In this document: positions 1 through 10,864 of the stretch, one piece after another
How the letters are laid out: the number at the start of each line of letters is the position of its first letter
Numbering within the stretch: the first letter of the stretch is position 1
Source of the DNA: Hormiphora californensis
Lineage: Eukaryota; Animalia; Ctenophora
Assembly: GCA_020137815.1 (NCBI GenBank)
Contig: CM035354.1
Span: 6,510,001 to 6,574,000 of the forward strand
Direction of reading: 5' to 3'
DNA: 64,000 nucleotides
Notes under the pieces: model-generated
The model's input: only the letters and a program-made list of their open reading frames with translations
The model's database searches: none
What the model was told of the DNA's origin: nothing
Made by a program: the position numbers and the translations under genes

Positions 1-939
1 AAGTACTTTTCAAAACGCAATAAACAACCAGAATGGCTAAAACTAACACTTTCCGAAGGATCGAAAGTTGAAAAAGTTGTCATCATTAACTGGTGAGAAT
101 CTTCTGAAATTGGTACCCTGCGTGTTTTTATATCACTTCTCCCCACTTCTATACAGTTTCACACTGGATAATGGGCACGCTCATGAACGCTTTTTAACAA
201 GCTTCCCTAACAGGTTTACCAATGTAGCAAGGGCACAAAGACTACTTGGAACGCAGGTCTCTCTCATCGGAGCAACGACCAACACTACCTGTGGGACTAT
301 CAGCTCAGTCAGTTCTGATATCGATTCCGTAGAAGCCCAGACCTACACAGTTCCCTGTCCTACCACCAAGGAACTGACCCTCACCGTTTTTATTTACGAT
401 GATGTGATGCAGGAGCCTTATGATAGATCTCTCAACCAAAATATCATGAATTTAGCAGAAGTGATGGTCTACCTTACTGCACCGAGTAAAATGGCCGGTA
501 AGATAAATTATGGGTAAATTTTGGATTTTGTATGTTTTTTTTCTCTGCCAAAAGTGTTGGGCACACTTTTGGTAAGATGAAATGGGTAAAATTTGATGTC
601 TGGGAGAAAATAAATCATAAACTCTGGGAGGGTCACGTGACTACTGATCACTGATTATGAAATGTTTCATGATCAGTTGACAGGGAGTAGCAATATAATA
701 ATAACCCCTGGTCGCTCGGGGAGGGCTCTGTACATGTGGGTCTGTTTGAGACGTTCGAATGACAGTCAAATGACAGTTTCGTCCGTGTCAGGCCTGCCTG
801 CTTGTCTGGGGTGCTCCCCTTGGGATTATTTGGGGTGCCTTTTCCCTCCAGCTTTAGGACTTTTTAGCGTTTCTGCCCCAGATTCCTTCACAAATCTCCA
901 GCGACCAGCATCATCGGACAGATCTCTCAACGAGACTAA
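1..939 (+). CDS. F-type lectin / F5-8 type C-like domain protein, copy 1 (5' truncated by window edge)
   Basis: Exons <1-92, 214-497, 902-939 with GT-AG introns. Protein KYFSKRNKQPEWLKLTL...KVVIINW|FTN...TCGTI...QTYTVPCP...IMNLAEVMVY resembles the F-type lectin/discoidin fold signature (W-x-v-d-L, C..C, LxxxEVxVY). Confidence 0.6.
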
Positions 940-1223
940 AGATTTCCCTGTTTTGTGTTTTTGGTGTGTTTTTGTATTTTTTGCTTGCATGGGGCTAAAT
1001 TACGGACTGTTTTCGGGATTCCTTTTTTATGTGTCTTTTTTTAACTGTTTCAATCAAATCATTCAATCATTGTCGTGTCTTCCAAAACCCCAAAAAAACT
1101 ATCCTCATTCAATCGCAGAAATTTTTTGCGCAGATAGGGGTTTCAAATATGATATTCAACAACAGGAAACATACCCAAGAGAGTTGTAATCAACAAGGCA
1201 AAAATTCTTTGCACCATTCCAAA

Positions 1224-1505
1224 TCACTTAGACATCACCCAAATTCCAAATCTTAAATTATACCAACACGTCAGTCTAACAGATAACTTATTAGAGGCTG
1301 CGAACTTTAAACCCACTCTCACTAAAGCCCCTGCTACACCTTTACCCCTCATGGCAGGAGGGACGAATGTGTGGAGCATGTCAAGTGTACTTCCCTCCCG
1401 GGAGTACTCCAGAAATGCGGGGTTACGGGTCAGAGAGGAGTCTTCGTAGATGAATTTATACTCGGAATGGGTTATTGCCTCGTCAACTTCTGTTGGTTCT
1501 GCCAT
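1224..1505 (-). CDS. NATD1: NATD1/YjdJ-like GNAT acetyltransferase (Acetyltransf_CG family); 3' end uncertain
   Basis: Motifs AFLEY...LDMLHTFVPPAMRGKGVAGALV...LTCWY. The last ~11 codons may be intron (TG|GTATAA). Confidence 0.8.
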   Translation of the reverse strand: MAEPTEVDEAITHSEYKFIYEDSSLTRNPAFLEYSREGSTLDMLHTFVPPAMRGKGVAGALVRVGLKFAASNKLSVRLTCWYNLRFGIWVMSK

Positions 1506-1884
1506 GTGACACTTCAGAGATGGGGAGAGACGCGGTACTAAATATCAAAGGGTTAGAATAACTGATAAGAGAGATCTAAAATATTAAATTGCACATTTGT
1601 TTTCAAGACCGCAATATATATTTACAAATAAATTTTCAGTACAAACAATATCAGTGACAAATAAAGAGCATAGAAACTACTAAACTACACAATACACTCA
1701 TGCCTTCGTCCTGGCCCCCAAAACACCAGGCTGTGCCTCCCTTCCATGCGGGATGACTGATGAGGGAAGATAGGGGTATCAAATAACCAATCTCAGACTG
1801 AAGCACAGTCATTCTAAGGGACTTGGTTGATCCCCAGCCTTTTCCTGTTATATTTCACCCCAGGTAGACCAGCTCCCTCGCTCT

Positions 1885-2520
1885 CTAAACAACAGGTTGA
1901 GCGCCCTCAATGGGTACAACCTGGGTCGCAGCAGCTCTTTTCATCTGGGCTGTTAGATCCGGATTAAGATCTCTGAACTTGGGACCCATCTGAGTGAGCA
2001 ACATGAGACAAAAGACAATGAAGGACAGAATAAACGCCAGGAGAAGTGTTATCATAATCAGTTGAACTTGCCATAGCAACCGGTAGTTCTCCATAGATTT
2101 GATGTATACCTCGCCCTCTTGGACATACCACCGGAGGAGAACTCCAAAATGTGCTATGGCGTTCCCCGCCGCGCACACCATACTAATGATCTGTCTGTTG
2201 ATGGTAACCATGACAACCACCCTGGATACTTCACAGACTGGAGCAACACGGGTAATAAAGAGCAGGGTGGACAGGGTGAGAAGGAGGATTTCTTTTAACG
2301 AGTTCATGTAGCCACCCTGTATGGGCTCAGGAGGGGAGGAGTAGTAGAAGAGGGCAACGGTTGTGTAGAGGAGAGATAGGAGGAGGATGCAGAAGGATAG
2401 AATCGTACCGAGGAGTTTTCGGCCGAAATAAAACGGACATTGGATGTCGATTGTAGGTAGGCTGGGATAGTCATCGAATGGTACATCCGGGATTTTACTG
2501 AAGACTGCCCGGCGCTTCAT
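1885..2520 (-). CDS. Single-exon uncharacterised multi-pass membrane protein (~4 TM)
   Basis: Open 211-aa frame from ATG 2520 (MKRRAVFSK) with four hydrophobic stretches; an AG acceptor lies immediately upstream. Confidence 0.65.
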   Translation of the reverse strand: MKRRAVFSKIPDVPFDDYPSLPTIDIQCPFYFGRKLLGTILSFCILLLSLLYTTVALFYYSSPPEPIQGGYMNSLKEILLLTLSTLLFITRVAPVCEVSRVVVMVTINRQIISMVCAAGNAIAHFGVLLRWYVQEGEVYIKSMENYRLLWQVQLIMITLLLAFILSFIVFCLMLLTQMGPKFRDLNPDLTAQMKRAAATQVVPIEGAQPVV

Positions 2521-2926
2521 TCTAAATAATACAGGGTGGATTAGAGGGGACTGTTTCGGGACTTGGGAGAGGGGACTGCATATGGGATTGGAGGCGGGGC
2601 GGGATTGGTAATATGAAAGAATAAGGGGGGGGGACAAACGACCACTCTGGATTCTCGTACAAATCAATTGTAGGTGTAAAAGGGTGAACTTCGAAAAAAC
2701 AAAGTTTGATCACCGACACAATACGGTCTATTAATAAATTAGAACATTCCTTTACCCACAGTGATGAAATTCTCAGACTTCTCGGTCCAACAGGCAACAT
2801 GAGTTAAATTTAAATAGTTTGAGGGGGCCGAGTTTGCTCATGCAAAAGTTTGCAGTGGATGTGCGTGGTAGGGGAGGGTATAGAAAACAACATATAAAAC
2901 ATGTGACACACACTCTCTTATCTCCT

Positions 2927-5900
2927 TCAAAGCTTTGATTTCATCTTTTTGAACAGAGACTCCAACTTCATGGCCTCCATCAGATTTCCCTTGATTTTCA
3001 TCTGACCAGACATGAAAGCTGCGGTAGTCTGAAGTTCACCCTTCACCACTTTCACGAAGATGTCAGGGGTCATTTGGAAGGTTACATCTGCTGCCTCGCC
3101 ATCCCCCTGGCTTATCGAACCTGTGGGGAGGGGTAGAGGTAGTTACCATTATGGGAGGGGTTGGGTTACTGCACAGTTTCTATACACACATGGTGGTGTT
3201 CATTTCTCAGATAAGAAACAAGTTCTGCAGTTGGCAGCAGTGAAAATAAGAAACTACACTGGGTATGACTACGGATAATGCTGGGATTTCGCAGAGCCTA
3301 AAAATGGACAGTTTGTCCTTACCGATTACTCTCAGACGCAAAACATAAGTCCTTCACGAAGTCCATAGCGAAGATGATTCCCAGTTTTAGCAATGATCTT
3401 CGGTCATGGTGGCTGAATTTGGCATTCATTGTAGCAATCTGTATCACCCTCCCTGCAAGGAAACAATGTGTTTAGTATCAGGGTACTTGAAAACTTCCAC
3501 AAATCGTTAGAAAGTTTCCTCTTCAAATGCACATTACCCCGTTTTGTACAACATACACCCACAGAATTTGCGCTAGTGGTACTAAAAGTAACGTGGTGTT
3601 TTATTTGTGTTGTTATCAAAATAATTTGTGAATCTTGAGATATAAGTTTCCCATCCGGTGCTTAGCACTACACAAACTATCTAGAATGCTTGTTTGCCAC
3701 TATCTCACTTTTTGAGCACTATTCCCTCTAAGTATTTAAACTCAAGTGTGGATAGAGCGTACACCACAAGAAACACTGTTGCTTCGTATGTTATTGAACA
3801 CACGATCCACAGCTGTCAAGAGCACACTGCTTTGACACTCTTCCTTACCCTTTGTAACAGTTTTAATCACCAAGTTTATTTGAAGTATTATTTGTCAGAT
3901 AAAACAGACCCGAACAATGAGGATGCTACCAACATGCTAGTCCTGGTTTTTTCCACGGACACTGGTATCCAGTATATACGGTATGAGCTCTATTAAGGAG
4001 ATGACGTGCAAGATCCCAATTACACAATAACAAAAAAACCAGAACGGTAATTGTAATGAATTTTGCTGAGTACGATTTATTTTTCAAACGCGATAAACAC
4101 ACCTGAAAGCAAAACTAACACACTTCCTGAAGGTCGAAAGTTGAAAAAGTTGTCATTCAGTAACGGTAGAATAATCTCTAAAAATTGGTATCCTTTTAGT
4201 GTTTTATATACTTCTCCCGATGACGCTTTTTCAACACTCTTCCCTAAAAGGTTTTCCAATGTAGACAGGGCACAAGAACTACTCGGAAACGCATTCTCTC
4301 TCATCGGAGCACGACTCAACACTACCTGTGGGACTATCAAACTCAGGTCAAGTTCTGAATCTCGATTCCGATAGAAGAGCCCAGATCTACACAGGTCTCC
4401 GTCCTACTACCAAGGAACTGACCCTCGCCGTTTTTCTTTACGATGATGTGATGGAGGTGTCTTTTGATAGACCTCGAAACCAAAATATCATGAATTTAGC
4501 AGAAGTGATGATCTACGGAAAACCGAGTAAAATGGCCGGTAAGATAAATTATGGGTTAATTATGGATTTTGTATGTTTTCTGCCAAAAGTGTTGGGCACA
4601 CTTTTGGTAAGATTAAATGGGTAAAATTTGGTTTCTGGAGAAAATAAATCATAAAACTCTGGGAGGTCACTGTGTGATCACTGATCATGAAATGTTTCAT
4701 GATCAGTTACAGGAGTAGCAATTAATATAAACCCCTGGTCGCTTGGGGAGGGCTCTGTACATGTGGGTCTGTTTGAGACGTTCGAATGACATCAAATGAC
4801 AGTTTCCGTCGTCGTCCGTGTCAGCCTGCCAGCTTGTCTGGGGTGCTCCCCTTGGGATTATTTGGGGTGCCTTCCTCCCTCCAGGTTCAGGTATTTTTAG
4901 CGTTCCTGCCCCATTCTTCTCCACATCTCCGATCCAGCGAGAATAATCATACGGACTTCCTTACAGCGCCGCTTGTAGTCGTATTACCGTAATGGAAATA
5001 CAGTAATGAGATCCACACTTTGCATACCACGGCAAAAGGCATGTATTCAGCACGTACAAGCGCCCGATTGGCCCACGGGTTCACGTCTCATACTGATCTC
5101 TCCGTTTTCGTTACCGTTTTCCACTACAAGCGACCGGGTTACAAGCCTAAAGATTCCCCTCTTAAAAACATAAATAAGATCATTTGTGATTTGCTTATCT
5201 GCTTAATTTGGACAATTATTTCTAGTCCAGCAGTAACCTCTTAATTAAGGAGGATTTTATCTGTGCTTTTATTGATAATTTATAGAACGGACACAGCTAA
5301 TCAACTCACAACTCAACCCACTCCGCTTATAAAATCTTACAATATAGTCGGGACGAATCTCTCACAAAAAGAAGTGGTTGACTCACTATTTGGTGAAAAG
5401 CAATTCCGGTTGTAACCCACCTATTTTGACCCGCTGAACACGATCCCGTCCATAGGTAAGCTCGCAAAAGTGAAGAACATGCCCAAATCGGCCACGCCCT
5501 TTTACCTGTATTTTCAGCCTGTAGCCAAAAACATAAATCCTCTTAGAATAGGAGTAGAGACAAATCTGAGGGCCCTAAGTGATCAGCGCCCTCGCATTAG
5601 TGGGGTAGGTGCTGGAATTAAGTCTCTATCTCATCTGGTTAATTAGTAATTGGATAATTAGGTTTGCGCATAACCGTTTTTGGCTATATGGCTATAGCCA
5701 CTTAGGAATGGTTTAGAGACTTTTCACTGGCGCCATTTTGTAGCAATAGCCAATTTATGGGGGGTCGACGTCGGACTTTTAAGCTCTATCTCCAACCGTT
5801 TAGCCGTTATTGGGCTTAATCGATGCTCAAAAAGAGCGAAAAACGGTAAAAAGCCCGATTTTGAGCATCGTTTAAGCCAAATAACGGCTAAACGGTTGGA

Positions 5901-8900
5901 TATAGAGCTTAAAAGTCCGACGTCGACCCCCCATAACTTGGCTATTGCCTACAAAATGGCACCAGTGAAAAGTCTCTAAACCATTCCTAAGTGGCTATAG
6001 CCATATAGCCAAAAAACGGTTATGCGCAAACCTAATTATCCAATTATCTAATTAACCAGATGATCTCATCTCAGATGAGATAGAGACTTAATTCCAGCAC
6101 CTACCCCCACTAATGCGAGGGCGCTGATCACTTTAGTGCCCTCAGATTTCCCTCTACTCCTATTCTAAGAGGATTTATGTTTTTGGCTACAGGCTGAAAA
6201 CACAGGTAAAAGGGCGTGGCCGATTTGGGCATGTTCTTCACTTTTGCGAGCTTACCTATGGACGGGATCGTGTTCAGCGGGTCAAAATAGGTTGGTTACA
6301 ACCGGAATTTGCTTTTCACCAAATAGTGAGTCAAAAAATTAAGATTCGCCCCGACTAATAGTACAAGTACTGCTCTCTTTTTCTGGACTCAACCTGGTTA
6401 GAACACATCTCAAGAACACAATGTCTTTCCTTCAACGATTCATTGTCTTCGGGAATGATTTAAGATTGTTCACCGTGTACAACGATCCACTGCTATCTTT
6501 ATCTCGAGAACACTCTGCTCTCTTTACCTTACCCTTTGCTTTACTCTTTGTCCTGTAACAGTTATACCTCAAGTTTTTCCTTTTTGGATCTGTTATTTGT
6601 CAGATAAAACAGGCCCAGATAAAAAATAGGATGCTACCAGCACTGCTAGTCCTGGTATTTCTTCACGGGACACGGGTGTCCATTATCGGTATTGAGCTCT
6701 ATTAAGGAAGTGACTGCAAGATCCCAATTAAACAACAACAACAAACCAGGAAATGTCATTGATAATAACGCTGATACGAAGTATTTTTCAAAACGCAATA
6801 AACAACCAGAATGGCTAAAACTAACACTTTCCGAAGGATCGAAAGTTGAAAAAGTTGTCATCATTAACTGGTGAGAATCTTCTGAAATTGGTATCCTGCG
6901 TGTTTTTATATCACTTCTCCCCACTTCTATACAGTTTCACACTGGATAATGGGCACGTTAAAGCGCTCATGAACGCTTTTTAACACGCTTCCCTAACAGG
7001 TTTACCAATTTAGCAAGGGCACAAAGAATACTCGGAACGCAGGTCTCTCTCATCGGAGCAACGACCAACACTACCTGTGGGACTATCAGCTCAGTCAGTT
7101 CTGATATCGATTCCGTAGAAGCACAGACCTACACAGTTCCCTGTCCTACCACCAAGGAACTGACCCTCGTCGTTTTCCTGTACGATGATGTGATGCAGGA
7201 GCCTTATGATAGAGATCTCGACCAAAATATCATGAATTTAGCAGAAGTGATGGTCTACCTTACTGCACCGAGTAAAATGGCCGGTAAGAAAAATTATGGG
7301 TAAATTTTGGATTTTGTATGTTTTTTTCTCTGCCAAAAGTGTTGGGCACACTTTTGGTAAGATTAAATGGGTAAAACTTGATGTCTGGGAGGAAATAAAT
7401 CGTAAACTCTGGGAGAGTCACGTGTGATCAGTGATCACTGATTATGAAATGTTTCGTGATCAGTTGACATGGAGTATTAATATAATAAAAACCCCTGGTC
7501 GCTTGGGGAGGGCTCTGTACACGCGGGTCTGTTTGAGACGTTCGAATTACTGTCAAATGACAGTTTCGTCCGTGTCAGGCTGCTTGCTTGTCCGGAGTGC
7601 TCCCCTTGGGATTATTTGGGGTGTCTTTCCCCCTCCAGCTTCAGGTATTTTAGCGTTCCTGCCCCATTCTTCCCCACATCTCCAGCGACCAGCATCATCG
7701 GACGGATCTCTTAACGAGCCTAAAGATTTCTCTCTTTAAAACTGTTTTCTTTTCGGTGTGTTTTATATTTTTTGCTCGCATGGGGTTAAATTACTATACA
7801 GCCTGTTTTCGGGATTGCTTTTTTATGTGTCTTTTTTAATTGTTTCAATCAAATCATTCAATCATTGTCGTTTCTTCCAAAACCCCAAAAAACTATCCTC
7901 ATTCAATCGCAGAAATTTTTTGCACAGATAAGGGTTTCAAATATGATATTCAACAACAGGAAACATACCTAAAGTATTGGGTTGTTTAATTACAACACAC
8001 GTGTTTGCACCAAGTTTCTTTGTACATAATAGAGATACAGGCACGTGTATATTGCTGCTGGAGTACAAACTATTGCTGTGTATTATTGCTGCTACTACAA
8101 AGAACAAGATTATACAGCCGACACACAAACACAAATACACCACAGTTTGGACATATATCAGTCAGAGCTCAGTGGAAGTGATACACAGTAGTGTGGCTTA
8201 CACAAACTAACTCCAACAACCCATATCATAAATCCCTCTCCTCTGCCGAGAATATCTAATTACCAATTTGAAGGTGCCTTCCTGGGCTTCAGAGTATGAT
8301 TCAGGAACAGGGTATCCGTCACCAAGGAAGAAATCAGGAGACAAAGGTTCTCCGGGGCAGTTGTGGTATTGATCAAAGTCTGTCACTCCCGCCTCTTTTA
8401 GCACCTGAAGTAGATGAGTGTCAGTATTATAAGTGGGTTTGTTGAACTCCTCATTCAACTTGCAGTAAAACATTATAACCGGGTATTTTGTTTTGTACAA
8501 GCTCTCACACCTCTTCATCGATACAGAAATTTCCAGTGAAACTCTTGGGATCCCGTGAGAGCATGGCATAAGCGGCATCTGCCATGATTTCTGGTTTTCG
8601 GGAGGTCTTCATCATTGAATCCCCTCCTAGCATGTCAATCGCTGCAGTGGCGATTGCAGTTGCCGGCCAAATAGCGTTCACACCTAGCAACGGTAAAAAA
8701 TGTGGTTTCTGTTAAAATTATATGCACTATGCATATACAGTCGGACCCCGATTTAGGGACACCCTCGGGGGAAAGGCTCTTGTCCACTAAATCGGGGTGT
8801 CCACTAAATCGGGGTCAAATAAGGTTAATTTCCTATATCGGGGAAAAAATCCTGTCCCTAAATCGGGGTGCCACTAAATCGGGGGCCCCTAAATCGGGGT

Positions 8901-10112
8901 CCGACTGTAATGGATTTATAGATCGTTCAAGAATCCAAGATTTCTAAACCCTGCTTTTTATTATTTTTGCACGGCCTCCTGAGCAGGGAAATAAAATTGA
9001 AAATTGAGATTTAATTATGACTCAATTACGCTCCAGTTACAGATTTGGAACCGGGCGTCAGTTTCCTGATGGGAGATTCCTGATGCGAGATTCCTGATGG
9101 TAGATTCCCGATTGAACCATGCTGCGCGTCATAATTTACAATGCGAGACTAAATTTACATCTAGAATGAATGGGGAGTTGAGCAGGATTCATTGTCAGCA
9201 GTGCGCAAAAATTCTCCCATCAGGAAACTGACGCCCGGTTCCAAATCTGTAACTGGTCCCTTACACTCAAGTGTTTCAACATCGTGTCGTGACCTACCGA
9301 TATTGAAGTCCTTGAACTCTTCAGCCTGACCAAGAACACACATGCTCATTCCATACTTCGCCATGGTGTATGCTACGTGATTCTTAAACCATATAGGGTT
9401 CATGTTGAGCGGGGGAGAATTGTTCAGTACGTGGGCGTGGGAAGATTTCTTGAGGTAAGGCAGACAAGCCTGGGTCACACAATACGTTCCTCGTGTGTTA
9501 ATACCCATCATCAGATCAAACCTGTAGGACAGTTGTATTGTTTTAAAATACGGTAGATAACTGATAACCCCTATTTAGGCCTAGTGAAACGCTGAAGGAA
9601 AAGGCTGCTGACTTAGCAGTAAATATTATCTCCTTTATCTCCAAATTTGCTGTCAGTAATTAGGCGGCTTGTTTAAACTCCATTACCGTTTCAAGGGGGT
9701 TTCTGCGGTTCCGGTTAGGGAAATAGCACTCGCGTTGTTGATGCAAATGTCAACTCCTCCAAATGTTGCGGCAGCCTCATCAACGGCTTTCTTCACTGCA
9801 TGTTCGTCACTGTAACGTACATAATGGTTAAACAAAACTGAGATGTGATTATGAGAACTGAATGACAGCAACATAATGTATTATAACCCACCGGATATCG
9901 ACGATGCATGGCAAGGCCTTTCCTCCAGCAGCTTCAATCTTTTCAGCCACACTGTAGATCGTGCCGGGAAGTTTGGGGTGGGGTGTTGCAGTTTTAGCAG
10001 CCACAACAACATTCGCCCCATCCTTGGCGAACTTTAGGGCGAATGCTTCACCGATACCACGTGAAGCACCAGATATGAAAACTGTCCGACCGGAAAGAGC
10101 GCCTGTCAACAT
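2927..10112 (-). CDS. HSDL2: Hydroxysteroid dehydrogenase-like 2 (SDR + SCP2 domain, peroxisomal PTS1)
   Basis: Exons 10112-9892, 9809-9687, 9521-9298, 8683-8511, 8404-8264, probable frameshifted exon ~3453-3323, and last exon 3120-2927. Motifs SGASRGIG, AKTATPHPKLPGTI, NNASAI, YTMAKYGMS; SCP2 tail TAAFMSGQMKIKGNLMEAMKLE ending SKL*. Confidence 0.9.
3921..4540 (+). pseudogene. F-type lectin-like copy 2, many small indels (pseudogene or poor consensus)
   Basis: Clearly homologous to copies 1 and 3 over ~3830-4930 (QNIMNLAEVMIYGKPSKMAG), but frames are broken and the first donor is altered. Confidence 0.55.
5345..6357. mobile_element. ~1 kb near-perfect foldback non-autonomous DNA element, TAG...CTA ends, 3-bp ATA direct flanks
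   Basis: 5345-~5830 is the reverse complement of ~5860-6357; ATA at 5342-5344 and 6358-6360. Confidence 0.85.
6631..7714 (+). CDS. Secreted F-type lectin / F5-8C-like protein, copy 3 (one frameshift after signal peptide)
   Basis: ATG 6631 MLPALLVLVFL (signal-like), 1-nt frame offset near 6660-6690, exons to 6870, 7000-7283 and 7686-7714; near-identical to copy 1. Confidence 0.6.
8738..8907. mobile_element. Tc1/mariner/pogo-type MITE in HSDL2 intron
   Basis: TIR CAGTCGGACCCCGATTTAGGG...CCCTAAATCGGGGTCCGACTG, TA flanks on both sides, internal CTAAATCGGGG repeats. Confidence 0.85.
9033..9256. mobile_element. MITE-like element with ~44-bp TIRs in HSDL2 intron
   Basis: CCAGTTACAGATTTGGAACCGGGCGTCAGTTTCCTGATGGGAGA, with its reverse complement at 9213-9256. 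Confidence 0.7.
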
Positions 10113-10864
10113 GATCTAGGGTGGTATTTTGGCGTCTTGTTAAGATACAGTACTTAAGATAGCCTAGATGAGATCGTTTTACTGTCACAAAGGACAATGA
10201 GCGATGTGAGAACAGCCAGCAGCAGAAAAAATAAAAAATTCAGCGAGATTTCCCAATTTTTATTTGAGATTTCTAAGTTTTTGTTTTTTATTTTAATTGC
10301 CAAACCCGCGCCGCGCAGATGATATTATTAGCGAACTAAACTTTTATTCGCTCGTTACACGATGAATGCCGAATGGTGTCAGATTATCCAGTGTGAGACA
10401 TGAGACTCCGTATTATAGACACCGTGGGGGAGAACACGTAGAAACTAAAAACTTTGAAGTTTGTTGGTCTCTTGTAAAAGAGTAACTCAAATGACAACAA
10501 TAAAATACAGCAAGACACGCAGCTCAAACAATCGATGTGTGAAAGCTTGTGAAAAAATCCCGGAATTCGCTATTCATATATCTCATCATTAGTATCCCAC
10601 ATTATAATACTAGATACACTCATATCTCATATCATAAACAAACACACAAACAAAAAGACGGTTGTTGCACGCTGCACTTCATCAAATTCTGTATTTGCTT
10701 GAATAAGATCGGCTAGAGTTAGTGAGTACTACCGGAAAGAAAAGATTCGTCTAGAAGTATAAATAAAGTAAGATGAAGTGCAACAGACAACATATCACAC
10801 ACACTTATAACAGTATACAGTTCACACACATACAGATAATATGATGATTACACACACCATCATA

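Noticed and set aside
662-1189. 175-aa ORF downstream of lectin copy 1
   Set aside because: Spans intron and 3' UTR of the duplicated unit; the frame is not preserved in the other copies.
1224-1505. NATD1 as a bacterial horizontal transfer
   Set aside because: The family is native to animals; nothing in the sequence indicates transfer.
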